A DNA stretch of 64,000 bases from Flammeovirgaceae bacterium (GCA_015180985.1 CP054185.1:2105225-2169224); one strand, 5' to 3'. Counted from the stretch's first letter, positions 1 through 11,000 are shown. Notes: a model not told the origin generated them from the sequence alone. Translations and numbers: made by a program.

Positions 1-149
1 GGGAATTAAGGGAGGTTACATGAGAGTTAAGAGGGCCGGGTGTGTTTCTCTGCAAACCGGAATAATTGCATTTTGAACTACCCTATAAGAGGATAGGCAG
101 ATTTTGTGTTTTACACCATTAGCGTTTGTGCTCCCCAATTGCGGTTAGA

Positions 150-185
150 TAAAAAAAACACACCCCGCTGTTCAGCGGGGTGTGT
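150..185 (-). terminator. Rho-independent terminator after two small minus-strand ORFs
   Basis: 11-bp stem 158-168/175-185 (acacaccccgc/gcggggtgtgt) with a 6-nt loop. On the minus strand it is followed by a T8 run (A8 at 151-158 on +). Confidence 0.7.
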
Positions 186-207
186 AACTAACTGATTATC
201 AGTTAAA

Positions 208-378
208 TCAGTACTTATCTTCTGCAACAAACCCACCGATGGGTTCATTTTGTACGGCAGCCTGTTCAGCAGCGGGTGCAGTTTCAGTTTTGTTTCCCGT
301 ATGCCGTACCGAAATCAGGGTAAACGACAGGGTTACCAAAGTAGCCACCGCCAGGAGGGTGATGATTTTTGTTTTCAT
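208..378 (-). CDS. Small secreted or membrane-anchored peptide, 56 aa (MKTKIITLLAVATLVTLSFTLISVRHTGNKTETAPAAEQAAVQNEPIGGFVAEDKY)
   Basis: ATG start and TGA stop. The N-terminus is signal-peptide-like (basic n-region plus hydrophobic core). A terminator lies just downstream. The ORF is below the 60-aa cutoff of the ORF track. No homology was recognised. Confidence 0.45.
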   Translation of the reverse strand: MKTKIITLLAVATLVTLSFTLISVRHTGNKTETAPAAEQAAVQNEPIGGFVAEDKY

Positions 379-440
379 AATAACAATGTTGATAGTTATT
401 AATCTGTTATCAACTGACTTTAGGATAATAAGGACTGCTA

Positions 441-575
441 TTAATGGCCTCCTGTGTTAGGATTACCACCACCGTTCTCAAGCGTGGTTGAGGGAGCAAT
501 TTCTTCTTCAGCACAGGCGGTAACAGTAAGTGAAACAGTCATGATGAACATTACGATGTAGAATAACTTTTTCAT
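441..575 (-). CDS. Small lipoprotein precursor, 44 aa (MKKLFYIVMFIMTVSLTVTACAEEEIAPSTTLENGGGNPNTGGH)
   Basis: ATG start and TAA stop. The signal peptide is canonical, with a lipobox-like VTAC. It sits in tandem with the 56-aa ORF and shares its terminator. Confidence 0.5.
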   Translation of the reverse strand: MKKLFYIVMFIMTVSLTVTACAEEEIAPSTTLENGGGNPNTGGH

Positions 576-687
576 AGTAGTGGGGTTTATGGTTTGTTAG
601 TTTTTGTTTTTGTTTTGTTTAAATTGTGAGCCAAAGATGGTTGGCTGAAATGAATCTTTTTCATGTAATAATTTTCTTTAATTACGC

Positions 688-2754
688 GTGTACCAAATAA
701 ATTTTGTTTGTTCTGCCATTCGCAGCCTGGTGTTGGTTGCGCTATTTCTTTCAGCCTTTAAATCGGTTGCCCAACCTCAGCATCAGGTTGATTCGCTTAA
801 AGCCAAACTGCGCAGCAGTTCGGATGAACAGCGGTTTGAGATCTTGGCTGAATTATCCCGGTTACACTTCGATACGGATTACGAAGCAGCGCTGAATTAT
901 AATAACATGGCCTATGCATGGGCTTCGGAACGGGGCGATAGTTTAAAAATGGTAACAAGCGCAAGGCGTATCGGTCAGTTATATAACCGGATGGGTAAAT
1001 CTAAGGAAGCGTTGGAGACACTATTGACGGCCTTGGGGGTAGCTCACCGAAATAATTTTGCAGAAGAGTACAAAAGAATATTGAACAATATTGCAGTCGC
1101 TTACTCTTATCGTGCTGAGTATGACAGGGCATTAGAATATCACTTTAAAACCCTTGCCTTGCGCGAAGAAGACGGGGATATTGGAGAAATTGCTGTTTCT
1201 CTGAATAATGTCGGGTTTGTATATTTTAAGTTAAGAAATTATCCCAAAGCGCTTGAATTTTATACCAAAGCTTTGGAGTACCTCGAAAAGTCAACCGATA
1301 AGAGTTTTCTTGGTCAGCAGCTAATCAACATCGGGTTGTGCCATAACCAGTTGAAGAACTTTAACCAGGCATTCGAAAGTTTTCAAAAGGCTTTCGAATC
1401 GTGTGGTAGTAATTGCCAGGATGTTATTAAGGTCTCCGGTTGGTTTGGTATGGGTGTGGCTAACTTTGGCCTCGAAAAGTATACCGAAGCCGTTGAATAC
1501 TTTAATCTGTCACTGCAAACAGCAAAAGCCACCGGCAACACCCGGTATGAAGGCGAGAACCTGGTTTATCTGGGTAAGGTTTATATCGAGTTGAATAAAC
1601 CGGCTGAAGCCGAAAATGCCCTGCGCCAGGCCGAGCAGATTGCCTCGAAAAATATATACAATGAGTTATTAATTGATACCTACCGGCAGTTCTCTGTATT
1701 ATATAATCAGGTGAACGATCATGTTAATGCCTCGGCTTATCAGCGAAAATACATCACACTCAAGGACAGTGTGTACAGCGAACAACTGATTGATAAAATA
1801 GCCGAGCTGCAAACCGACTTTGCCGAGCGAGAAAATCTGGCCACCATTGCCGCCAAAGAGGAAGTCATCATCCGGCAGCGAACACTCAATTTTTCCATCG
1901 GTATCATCGCAGTGCTGGCGGCCCTGCTGGTGTTTGTTCTGTATCGCAGTAACCGTACGGTGCGAAGGGTTAACATGGCGCTCAGCGAGGCTAAAACCGA
2001 ATTACAACTACTCAATGCCGACCTGGATAAGAAAGTGAAGGAGAAAACGGCCAGCCTGCAAAAGGTTAATGAAGAGTTGGATAATTTTATCTACAAAACT
2101 TCGCATGACATCCGCGGGCCGCTTGCCAGCCTTAAGGGCATCTGTAACCTGGCCATTATGGAATCAAAGGACCCGGTTACGCTGGATTATTTAAAGAAAC
2201 TGGATGAAACTGCAGAGAAGTTAAATAAAGTTTTAACCCGGTTAGTTACTGTAAACCAGATTAACAGTTCAAGATTTGACTTTGAATCCATTAACCTGGG
2301 CGCTCTGGTGGATGAAATCATCATGGCTGAATCTAAACGTGGACTGCCGCCCCGGTTTGTTATTAAAAAGGAAATTGATAAATCATTAACCTTCTTCAGC
2401 GACAGGGAACTGGTGCGGATTATATTGGAGAACCTTATCGATAATGCCATCAAGTTTTATAATGATTCCGATCGAATTGATCCTTTCGTTAGAATTAAAA
2501 TTAATCAGCATAACGGGCACCTGCAGGTATTCGTCATCGACAACGGTGTTGGCATTTCGCGTGTTGACCCCGACAAGATTTTTCAGATGTTTATGCGTGC
2601 CTCCGAGCGTTCAGAGACCGGGGGAATTGGCCTTTACCTTACCAAACTGGCTACCGAGCGACTCGGAGGTTCCGTCAGCCTGGGGATGACGTCCGAAGGC
2701 TACACCGAATTCCGGGTGAACCTGCCTGTTGCTGCGCAACCCGCTGAAGCGTAA
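688..2754 (+). CDS. TPR-repeat sensor histidine kinase with no adjacent response regulator
   Basis: N-terminal signal peptide, then about 350 aa of TPR-like repeats, then a TM helix ([16 protein letters not shown]) and a coiled coil. HisKA H-box is [10 protein letters not shown]. HATPase_c boxes are DNAIKF, DNGVGI and GGIGLYL. The start codon is GTG. Confidence 0.85.
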   Translation: MYQINFVCSAIRSLVLVALFLSAFKSVAQPQHQVDSLKAKLRSSSDEQRFEILAELSRLHFDTDYEAALNYNNMAYAWASERGDSLKMVTSARRIGQLYNRMGKSKEALETLLTALGVAHRNNFAEEYKRILNNIAVAYSYRAEYDRALEYHFKTLALREEDGDIGEIAVSLNNVGFVYFKLRNYPKALEFYTKALEYLEKSTDKSFLGQQLINIGLCHNQLKNFNQAFESFQKAFESCGSNCQDVIKVSGWFGMGVANFGLEKYTEAVEYFNLSLQTAKATGNTRYEGENLVYLGKVYIELNKPAEAENALRQAEQIASKNIYNELLIDTYRQFSVLYNQVNDHVNASAYQRKYITLKDSVYSEQLIDKIAELQTDFAERENLATIAAKEEVIIRQRTLNFSIGIIAVLAALLVFVLYRSNRTVRRVNMALSEAKTELQLLNADLDKKVKEKTASLQKVNEELDNFIYKTSHDIRGPLASLKGICNLAIMESKDPVTLDYLKKLDETAEKLNKVLTRLVTVNQINSSRFDFESINLGALVDEIIMAESKRGLPPRFVIKKEIDKSLTFFSDRELVRIILENLIDNAIKFYNDSDRIDPFVRIKINQHNGHLQVFVIDNGVGISRVDPDKIFQMFMRASERSETGGIGLYLTKLATERLGGSVSLGMTSEGYTEFRVNLPVAAQPAEA

Positions 2755-2813
2755 CCGGATTTTTATTCTCCCATTCAATTCTCATCTTTGCACACCCGTT
2801 TTTACGAGGTTTT

Positions 2814-4901
2814 ATGACCAAGATTTACAAACGCACAACTGTAACGGCTGCTTTGCCGTATGCCAATGGCCCGCTTCATATCGGGCATATTGCCGGTGCG
2901 TACCTGCCCTCCGATACGTATGTGCGTTACCTTCGGCTGAAAGGTGAGGATGTGATTTTCATTTGCGGTTCCGATGAACACGGAGTGGCCATTAACCTGG
3001 GCGCAAGGAAGGAGGGTGTGTCACCAAAGGCTTTTGTTGATAAGTATCACGAATTGATGAAGAAAGCATTTGATGATTTTGGAATTACTTTCGATATCTA
3101 TTCCCGTACCTCCAATTCGGTTCATTATAAAACAGCTCAGGATTTTTTTACTACCATCCATCAGAAAGGAATTTTTCTTGAAGAAGTTTCCGATCAGTAT
3201 TATGACGAGCAGGAGGGGCTTTTCCTGGCCGATCGGTACATTACCGGCACCTGCCCAAATTGCAAACACCCCAATGCCTATGGCGACCAATGTGAGAAGT
3301 GCGGCTCAAGCCTTAGCCCCCGCCAACTGATTAACCCCCGTTCAACCATCTCCGGAAAGCCACCGGTGCTCAAACCAACAAAACATTGGTACTTTCCGCT
3401 GGATAAGTACGAAACGTGGCTGAAAGAATGGCTCATTGAGGGACATAAAGCGGATTGGAAAACCAATGTATATGGTCAATGCCGCTCCTGGATCGACCAG
3501 GGCCTGCAGCCACGTTCCATTACCCGCGACATGGACTGGGGAATACCCGTGCCGCTGCCCGATGCAAAAGGCAAGGTGTTGTACGTGTGGTTCGATGCGC
3601 CCATCGGCTACATATCGGCCACCAAAGAACTAAAAGGTACCGACTGGGAAAAATACTGGAAGGATCCGGAAACGCGGCTCATTCATTTTATCGGCAAGGA
3701 CAATATTGTCTTTCATTGCATCATCTTTCCGTGCATGCTTCGGGCCGAAGGCAGTTTTATTGTGCCTGATAATGTGCCGGCTAATGAGTTTCTTAACCTG
3801 GAAGGCGAAAAGATTTCAACTTCGCGAAACCATGCAGTGTGGCTGCACGAGTACCTTTTGGAATTTCCGGGCCGCAGAGATGAGTTACGCTATGTACTCA
3901 CATCCATCAGTCCCGAAACCAAAGATGCCGACTTTACCTGGAAGGATTACCAACAACGGGTGAACAGCGAACTGGTGGCCATTCTTGGGAATTTTGTAAA
4001 CCGGGTAATGGTGCTTACCTGGAAGTATTTTGATGGAGTGGTGCCATCGGATAAAGAAATTGCGGGTACAACACCGGCCAGAAAGAAAATTTTAAATGCG
4101 TACCAGCAGGCACATACCGAATTGAATCAGTCGGTTAAGGAAATTGTCCGTGGACTTGAAGAATTCCGCTTTCGCGAGGCCCAGTTTCACTTAATGAACC
4201 TGGCGCGCATCGGTAACAAATTTCTGGCCGATACAGAACCCTGGAAACTGGCCAGCCAGGATAAGGAGGCTGTGGGCGCTATCCTTAATTATGCACTTAC
4301 TGTTGTTGGAAACCTCGCGGTGGCCTGTCAACCGTTTTTGCCTGACACAGCCAAGAACATGCTGCGCCAACTTAATGGTGTTGATATGGTTAAAAAATGG
4401 AATGAATTATGGAAAAAAGGTGAGTTGGTAAACACAGTTACCGAGGGTCATAAACTCGGCAAACCTGAGTTGTTGTTCCGAAACATTGACGATGCGGAAG
4501 TTGAACAGCAAATTGAAAAACTTAAAAAGCCGAAGTCAGCCATGACCGAATCAACAGAATTAAAGCCCCTAAAGCCTGAAATTACTATTGATGATTTTGC
4601 TAAACTGGATATCCGCATTGGTAAAGTGTTGGCCGCTGAACGGGTAGAGAAATCCGATAAGTTGCTGAAGCTCACCATTGATACGGGTGTCGATCAGCGC
4701 ACCGTGCTTAGCGGAATTTCCAAACATTACACGCCCGAGGAAATTGTGGGCAAACAGGTTACCCTGATAGCCAACCTGGCACCTCGTAAAATGATGGGCA
4801 TGCAATCGCAGGGCATGGTGCTGATGGCCATAGACTGCGATGGCAAACTAAAACTGCTGCACCCGGATGCGGTTGTGACTCCCGGCTCCACAGTCAGTTG
4901 A
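2814..4901 (+). CDS. metG: Methionine--tRNA ligase with C-terminal tRNA-binding domain
   Basis: HIGH motif (PLHIGH), zinc knuckle CPNC...CEKC, KMSKS-like KISTSR, and a C-terminal Trbp111/EMAP-like domain ([11 protein letters not shown]...). Confidence 0.97.
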   Translation: MTKIYKRTTVTAALPYANGPLHIGHIAGAYLPSDTYVRYLRLKGEDVIFICGSDEHGVAINLGARKEGVSPKAFVDKYHELMKKAFDDFGITFDIYSRTSNSVHYKTAQDFFTTIHQKGIFLEEVSDQYYDEQEGLFLADRYITGTCPNCKHPNAYGDQCEKCGSSLSPRQLINPRSTISGKPPVLKPTKHWYFPLDKYETWLKEWLIEGHKADWKTNVYGQCRSWIDQGLQPRSITRDMDWGIPVPLPDAKGKVLYVWFDAPIGYISATKELKGTDWEKYWKDPETRLIHFIGKDNIVFHCIIFPCMLRAEGSFIVPDNVPANEFLNLEGEKISTSRNHAVWLHEYLLEFPGRRDELRYVLTSISPETKDADFTWKDYQQRVNSELVAILGNFVNRVMVLTWKYFDGVVPSDKEIAGTTPARKKILNAYQQAHTELNQSVKEIVRGLEEFRFREAQFHLMNLARIGNKFLADTEPWKLASQDKEAVGAILNYALTVVGNLAVACQPFLPDTAKNMLRQLNGVDMVKKWNELWKKGELVNTVTEGHKLGKPELLFRNIDDAEVEQQIEKLKKPKSAMTESTELKPLKPEITIDDFAKLDIRIGKVLAAERVEKSDKLLKLTIDTGVDQRTVLSGISKHYTPEEIVGKQVTLIANLAPRKMMGMQSQGMVLMAIDCDGKLKLLHPDAVVTPGSTVS

Positions 4902-4929
4902 TTTTTATAGCCGCTTTTTTCTGATAAAT

Positions 4930-5490
4930 TCAGTCATTATACAGGCTCATCGTTTTTGCCACTCCAAGGGTAATGAATGACAGTACCATCTCGCAGGCTT
5001 TGTCAATACAGGCGGGCAGTTGCTTGAACTCTTCTGGTGTAAAGTTGCTCAGCACGTAGTCGGCCTGGTGTCCGCGCGGATAGTTATTGCCAATACCAAA
5101 GCGGAGCCTCGGATAATTCGGGTGGCCCAGTAATTCTTCAATATTCTTTAATCCGTTATGCCCAGCTGCACTGCCCTGTGCCCGCAGGCGCAGGCTGCCA
5201 AAGGGCAGGGCGATATCATCAACAATTACAAGTAGTCGTTCCGGTTCCACCCCAAGATTGTTGAGCCAGTATAAAACAGCTTTGCCGCTGAGGTTCATGT
5301 AGGTAGAAGGCTTGATTAAATGGATTTGCTTCCCTTTAAACCGGAACTCAGCTTTTTCGGCATAACGCACCACTGCAAAATCAGCATTGTGCTTATCAGC
5401 AAGCTGGTCAAGTACCAAAAAGCCAATGTTGTGGCGGGTTAATTCATACTCCGGACCAATGTTGCCCAGGCCGGCAATCAGGTATTTCAT
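4930..5490 (-). CDS. pth: Peptidyl-tRNA hydrolase
   Basis: MKYLIAGLGNIGPEYELTRHNIGF signature. The ORF extends to 5502, but the ATG at 5490 fits the family N-terminus. Confidence 0.95.
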   Translation of the reverse strand: MKYLIAGLGNIGPEYELTRHNIGFLVLDQLADKHNADFAVVRYAEKAEFRFKGKQIHLIKPSTYMNLSGKAVLYWLNNLGVEPERLLVIVDDIALPFGSLRLRAQGSAAGHNGLKNIEELLGHPNYPRLRFGIGNNYPRGHQADYVLSNFTPEEFKQLPACIDKACEMVLSFITLGVAKTMSLYND

Positions 5491-5503
5491 GTTGTAAAGC
5501 AAT

Positions 5504-5540
5504 AAAAAAATCCTGTCTCTTTTCAGCGACAGGATTTTTG
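5504..5540 (-). terminator. Intrinsic terminator between rplY and pth
   Basis: 8-bp stem 5510-5517/5528-5535 (atcctgtc/gacaggat), extendable by A/T pairs. It is flanked by an A-run and a T-run, so it could act in both directions. Confidence 0.6.
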
Positions 5541-5561
5541 GTTTTTGGATTTAACTCTGAA

Positions 5562-6260
5562 TTATTTCTTGCCCTCGTCTTTTTTAGGAGCTTCGGCTTT
5601 TTTAGTCTCAGCACCGGCAGCAGGGGCAGCGTCCGCGGCACCGGCAGCAGGAGCGGCAGCACCTTCAGCAGGGGTTGCAGCGGCAGCAGCAGCGGCCTCT
5701 TCGGCAGCCATCTTGGCGGCACGCGGCACTTCAACAGCGGCAATAGCCGATTGCTTGGGATCCAGAAACTCCAATCCTTCCATTTTCATATCGGCTACTT
5801 TAATGGCGTGGTGGAAGTCAAGTGTGGAAACATCCACATCAATGTGGTCAGGCATATCTTTCGGGTAGCCGTACACTTTGAGGGAGGCTTTCTTGCGCAC
5901 AAGCGTACCCCCTTTATCTACTCCGGGTGCTTTACCAACCATCCGGGTAGGGATGTTCATTTTAATTTTGCGGCCTTCTTCAATCTGCAGAAAATCAGCA
6001 TGTAAAATGATTTCACTTACCGGGTGAAACTGTACTTCCTGCAGAATGGCTTTGCATTCATCTCCCTCAATATTCAGGTGTACAAAGTGCGCTTCGTTGG
6101 TATACACCAACTCGCGGAATAAAATCATCGGGGCATAAAAGTGAACTTGCTTGTCTCCACCGTACAACACGCAGGGAACATTTCCTTCGTTGCGCAGTTG
6201 TTGTGCTTGCGACTTGCCGAGATTCGCTCGTTTATACCCTACAATCTCAACAGTTTTCAT
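5562..6260 (-). CDS. rplY: 50S ribosomal protein L25/Ctc with an Ala/Pro/Lys-rich tail
   Basis: L25/general stress protein Ctc N-terminal pattern (KRANLGKSQAQQLRNEGNVPCVLYGG). It sits in the conserved prs-rplY-pth neighbourhood. Confidence 0.93.
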   Translation of the reverse strand: MKTVEIVGYKRANLGKSQAQQLRNEGNVPCVLYGGDKQVHFYAPMILFRELVYTNEAHFVHLNIEGDECKAILQEVQFHPVSEIILHADFLQIEEGRKIKMNIPTRMVGKAPGVDKGGTLVRKKASLKVYGYPKDMPDHIDVDVSTLDFHHAIKVADMKMEGLEFLDPKQSAIAAVEVPRAAKMAAEEAAAAAAATPAEGAAAPAAGAADAAPAAGAETKKAEAPKKDEGKK

Positions 6261-6289
6261 GGTTTTATATAGTTTAGTTTTACAATAGT

Positions 6290-7219
6290 TTACAAACGGA
6301 TAAATAATGAACTAATCGATTCGTGATCGTGGATTTTCCGGATAGCCTTAGCAAAGAGATCGGATACGGTGAGCACCCGGATTTTTGGTGAGGTTTGTTT
6401 TAACGGCAGGGTATCGGCCACTACAATTTCTTCCAACACCGATTTTTCAATGTTTTCGTAGGCTTTGCCCGACAATACGGGGTGCGTGCAGGCAGCCCGT
6501 ACGGATCGGGCACCTTTTTCTTTAAGCAGTGCAGCGGCTTTGCAAATGGTACCGGCTGTATCTACCAAATCATCTACCAGCACAACATCTTTACCTTCTA
6601 CTTCACCTATCAGGCGCATGGACTCTACCTGGTTAGCTTCTTTGCGGTACTTATCGCAAACAGCCAGTTCGGCATCAAAAAATTTGGCAAAACTGCGGGC
6701 GCGTTTTATGCCGCCCACATCGGGCGTTGCAAACATAATGTTGGCTAAGCCAAGCGATTTTAAATAGGGTACAAAGATGTACGAGCCATCCAGGTGGTCA
6801 ACGGGAATATCAAAAAAGCCTTGTATCTGGTCGGCATGTAAGTCGCATGTCATAATCCGGTCGGCACCGGCTGCGGATATCAGGTTGGCAATGAGTTTGG
6901 CTGCAATGGAAACACGCGGCTTGTCCTTCCGGTCCTGCCGGGCATAGCCAAAGTAGGGGATAACCACATTGACACTCGAAGCGCTGGCCCGCTTGGCGGC
7001 ATCCACCATCAATAATAGCTCCATCAGGTTATCCGATGGCGGAATGGTTGACTGGATGATGAACACTTCGTGGCCGCGAACCGATTCAGCAATGTGGGGT
7101 GACATTTCACCATCGCTGAATTGCTGATAGTTAACCACGCCCAGCGGTTCGCCATACGCATGCGCGATTTTTTCTGCCAGGTAGGTGGTGGCTCTGCCGC
7201 TGAAAATTTTTACTGCCAT
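6290..7219 (-). CDS. prs: Ribose-phosphate pyrophosphokinase
   Basis: PRPP synthetase motifs DLHADQIQGFF and VLVDDLVDTAGT. Length is 309 aa. Confidence 0.97.
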   Translation of the reverse strand: MAVKIFSGRATTYLAEKIAHAYGEPLGVVNYQQFSDGEMSPHIAESVRGHEVFIIQSTIPPSDNLMELLLMVDAAKRASASSVNVVIPYFGYARQDRKDKPRVSIAAKLIANLISAAGADRIMTCDLHADQIQGFFDIPVDHLDGSYIFVPYLKSLGLANIMFATPDVGGIKRARSFAKFFDAELAVCDKYRKEANQVESMRLIGEVEGKDVVLVDDLVDTAGTICKAAALLKEKGARSVRAACTHPVLSGKAYENIEKSVLEEIVVADTLPLKQTSPKIRVLTVSDLFAKAIRKIHDHESISSLFIRL

Positions 7220-7229
7220 GAAGTAATTT

Positions 7230-7251
7230 AAAAACCCGGCTTTAACCGGGT
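7230..7251 (-). terminator. Terminator after tRNA-Gln
   Basis: Stem 7234-7239/7246-7251 (acccgg/ccgggt), followed on the minus strand by a T5 run. Confidence 0.55.
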
Positions 7252-7257
7252 GCTTTG

Positions 7258-7328
7258 TTGTCCGACAAGGATTCGAACCCTGACTAAAAGAACCAAAATC
7301 TTCTGTGCTACCGTTACACCATCGGACA
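7258..7328 (-). tRNA. tRNA-Gln (anticodon UUG)
   Basis: Cloverleaf folded by hand: acceptor TGTCCGA/TCGGACA with a U1:A72 pair, U8, a D-loop with GG, anticodon stem GAAGA/TCTTT, loop TTTTGGT, T-arm CAGGG-TTCGAAT-CCTTG. No CCA is encoded. Confidence 0.9.
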
Positions 7329-7382
7329 ATCCAACCGGGCCAAAAGCCTCAAAAAAGGCTAAAACCCTTAAATTTTGGATTG

Positions 7383-7390
7383 CAAAGGTA
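7383..7390 (-). promoter_or_regulatory. Bacteroidota -7 promoter box (TACCTTTG) upstream of tRNA-Gln
   Basis: Matches the TAnnTTTG consensus. It lies within the decamer tgcaaaggta, which also occurs upstream of rpsF and pyrG. Confidence 0.5.
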
Positions 7391-7437
7391 GAATTATTTT
7401 TGTGAAATACGACCCCGGGTATCAGAAGATTTTCGAC

Positions 7438-8010
7438 CTATAAATCCGATGGTTTTGATGAGGCCGTGCCCTCAATAAATCCCTCGGCCCAGAAGCGATA
7501 TTTATCCAGAATTGAAATGACTGCATTACGGAGCTGCCGGTTGTTATTGTAATCAATCGAACCGTAAACGGAAGTGGCATATCCCTGCCAGATGGACCGG
7601 TTCTGTCGCCTGTCAAAAAACTGGATGAGCAACGTGCCGGTGTTCATGTTGAATTTCTTCGGATCGTATTTGAGATTCTCGTCCTGCGATTTTATCCATT
7701 CTTCAATTTCGGGCTGTATGTAGCCATTAAACCGCAGGCTGTCAGGGAACATTTTAAAGCTGATGAGCAGATGAGGGCGGTTGTCGGTTTGGCGATACCC
7801 CAAAAACTTCATCCGTGAGATAATTGAGCTTTCAATGATGTTGTTGGTTAAATTTTCATCGGGTTGGCCGGTGGGCCGCATGATTTCGAACGTACGGTAT
7901 TTTTTAAACTGGCCTTTATAGCTATAGTCGTACTCTACGGGTAATTCCTTATACCCCAGGCATGCGCCAAGCAGGAAAACAATACCAACAGAAATGCTGG
8001 TGATTTTCAT
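7438..8010 (-). CDS. Lipoprotein, DUF4136-like
   Basis: Signal peptide with lipobox (VFLLGAC). The C-terminal pattern GTLLIQFFD...IWQGYA resembles DUF4136. The ORF extends to 8037. Confidence 0.6.
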   Translation of the reverse strand: MKITSISVGIVFLLGACLGYKELPVEYDYSYKGQFKKYRTFEIMRPTGQPDENLTNNIIESSIISRMKFLGYRQTDNRPHLLISFKMFPDSLRFNGYIQPEIEEWIKSQDENLKYDPKKFNMNTGTLLIQFFDRRQNRSIWQGYATSVYGSIDYNNNRQLRNAVISILDKYRFWAEGFIEGTASSKPSDL

Positions 8011-8072
8011 ACCCGCTGATGATTTTATTGATACCAAGGTAGACTATCAGACACAGCCTGCCAAACGGAATG

Positions 8073-11000
8073 TCACTTAGTTTTACCGGTGTTCGAAGCA
8101 ATCCAGTTTCTGGCATTTACAAAGGCTTCCAGCCAGGGCGAAATCCGGTCGGTTTTCCGATCGGCCGGATAACAGGGCCAGTTCCACGGAAATAATGATC
8201 GTTCAATATGCGGCATAATGGCCAGGTGGCGGCCATCCTTCGAGCAAACGGCAGCAACTGCCCCGTCCGAATCGTTTGGGTTGCCCGGGTATTCGGCATA
8301 AGAATAATGTGCAGCCGGTATATAGGCCGGTGCATCCGAAAGTTGGAAACGGCCCTCACCATGTGCTACCCAAACCCCCAGGCGGCAACCGGCAAGTGAG
8401 TTGAGCATTATGGAATTGGTTGATGGAATGGTAACATTAACAAAGGCTGATTCAAATTTTCCGGAACCGTTCACCTGCATTTTCGGATGCTTTTCTCCGA
8501 GTTCCGGATAGATTAAACCGAGTTCCATCATCAACTGGCAGCCGTTGCAAACGCCAAGGCTCAGGGTATCCGGGCGGTTATAAAAATTATCCAGCGCCTT
8601 TTTGGCTTTTTCATTGTACAGAAAGGCACCGGCCCATCCTTTTGCCGAACCGAGTACATCGGAGTTTGAAAAGCCGCCAACAAAAACAATCATGTTTACA
8701 TCGCTGAGGTCTTCCCGTCCTGAAACCAGGTCGGTCATGTGCACATCTTTTACATCAAAGCCGGCCAGGTATAACGAGTAGGCCATTTCACGGTCGCCAT
8801 TAACACCTTTCTCCCGGATGATGGCCGCTTTGATTCCGGTGCGGTTGTGTTTGGTTGCCGCAATATTGTAACCTGTTAACTGGCCATCAAACTTTAGCGG
8901 AAATTGGTAGTGAAGGGGTTGGTGTTTATAATTTTTAAAGCGTGTGTCGGCATATGAGACCGGACGCTGTTTTTGATCCAATAAGCAGGAAGTCTGGTAC
9001 CAGGTATCACGAAGGGTATCAATTTCCAGGTGCAGGGTGCCCTGGTGATGCAAGATGGAAAGGGTTCGATTCAGGTTCAGTGTGCCAATTCGTTCAAACC
9101 TGATACCCTGCTTTTGCAAGAGAAGTTCAACGTCCTGGCTGTTGTTAACCTGTATGACAACACCCGGATTTTCAGCAAACAAAATTTTTACCAGGTCATC
9201 GTGTGTTGAACGGAAGTCAAGATCCAGTCCAACTTCTGGAACCGCGAAGCTCATCTCCAATACAGTAGTTATCAGGCCACCTGATGAAATATCATGGCCG
9301 GCCAGCACATAACCTTGCGTAATCAAATCCTGCAAGGCGGTAAAGCATCGAACAACATAGCCTGCATCGGTTATATCGGGTGTTTGCGTACCAAGTTGAT
9401 TAAGCACCTGGGCCAGTGCACTTCCACCCAAGGCCCGCTGGCAATTTGAAAAGTCAATATAAACAAGTTGCGTACCCTGAATTGGGCGGAGAGCCGGGGT
9501 TATGGTTTTGGTAATATCGTTTACCTCGGCTACGGCCGATATGATAACCGTGCCGGGTGAGAGTACGGTATTACCCTCAGGGTATTTTTGGGTCATCGAA
9601 AGCGAGTCTTTGCCGGTGGGGATGTTAATTCCCAGTTTTATTGCAAAGTCGCTCACTGCACTTACTGCTTCGTACAGCCTAGCATTTTCACCGGGTTGCC
9701 TTGCCGGCCACATCCAGTTGGCGCTTAGCGAAATGCCTTTAATGCCGTAAGTTAACTGAGCCCACAAAATGTTTGTTAACGCTTCGGTAATGGCCAACCT
9801 GCTGCCGGCAGCCGGGTTAATTAAGGCAGCCGCAGGTGCATGACCGATAGCGGTGGCAACACCTTTCAGGCTGGTGAAATCAAGCGCCATAACCCCCAGG
9901 TTATTGAGCGGTAGTTGAACCGGCCCGCAGGTTTGCTGGGTGGCCACTTTGCCGGTTACTGAGCGGTCAACCTTATTGGTGAGCCAGTCTTTACAGGCCA
10001 CCGATTCAAGTTGAAGTACCTGGTGGAGGTACTCGGTAATATTAGCAACGTAATAGGTGATTTCTGCAAAAAGAGCCGGCTGTCTGGTATCGGTTAAAAC
10101 GGTTTTAGGTGAAGAACCCAGCAGGTGCCTTACAGCGAAATCAATTGTTTTTTTATCAGCGCCTTGCCTTATAAAATGCAGGTGGTTATCGCCCGTGGCA
10201 TGGCCGATAACATACATGGGGGCGCGTTCACGTTCGGCAATTTGTCTGAGCGGTTCCAGGTGTTGTTCCTGAATGGCCAGCCCCATACGTTCCTGCGATT
10301 CGTTGCTGATGATTTCTTTATCCGAAAGGGTAGGGTCGCCCACCGGAAGTTTATCAATGAAAATGGTGCCCCCGGTTTCTTCGAGCAGTTCCGACAAGCA
10401 GTTGAAGTGTCCGCCCGCGCCATGATCATGAATGGAGATGATCGGGTTGTTATCCATTTCAGCCAGTGCGCGTATGGCGTTCATCACACGCTTTTGCATT
10501 TCGGGATTTGAGCGTTGGATGGCATTCAGTTCAATGGCATTAGCGTACTCGCCAGTGGCTACAGACGACACCGCCCCGCCACCCATGCCGATGCGGTAGT
10601 TGTCGCCACCGAGCATAACAATCTTATCACCCGGCTTTAGCGAATCTTTCTTGCTGTCTTTCAGTTTACCAAATCCGATGCCTCCGGCAAGCATAATTAC
10701 TTTATCGAACCCGAACTGACGGGCGTTTTCAAAGTGCTCAAATGTGAGCACACTGCCGTTGATCAGGGGTTGGCCGAATTTGTTACCAAAATCAGAAGCG
10801 CCATCCGAGGCTTTAATCAGAATTTCTTCCGGAGTCTGGTAAAGCCAGTTGCGTTCAGGAAATTTCTTTTCCCACGGTCGCCCATGATTCAGGCGCGGGT
10901 AGGAGGTCATATACACAGCTGTTCCGGCAAGCGGCAACGCACCCTTTCCACCAGCCAGGCGGTCGCGTATTTCGCCACCCGAGCCGGTGGCGGCACCGTT

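Noticed and set aside
9-73. Strong Shine-Dalgarno-like AAGGGAGG followed by a 17-codon ORF (MRVKRAGCVSLQTGIIAF) at the window edge
   Set aside because: Bacteroidota translation generally does not depend on SD sequences. The ORF is tiny, has no features, and its edge-of-window context is missing.
158-185. Shared core CCCGCTGTTCA..GCGGG in the hairpins at 158-185 and 60027-60044, as a possible REP-like repeat family
   Set aside because: There are only two copies in 64 kb, and the flanks and loop lengths differ. Both are fully explained as intrinsic terminators. Genome-wide counts would be needed to say more.
239-460. 73-aa plus-strand ORF in the track
   Set aside because: It has no recognisable features and lies antisense to two better-supported small minus-strand ORFs, which have signal peptides and a shared terminator. 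It is most likely spurious.
5538-6005. Long Ala/Gly/Ser-rich ORFs on the plus strand (5538-6005, 5545-5868) and 5444-5743 on the minus strand
   Set aside because: These are mirror-frame artefacts of the GC-rich, Ala-rich tail region of rplY. They are low complexity and match no motif.
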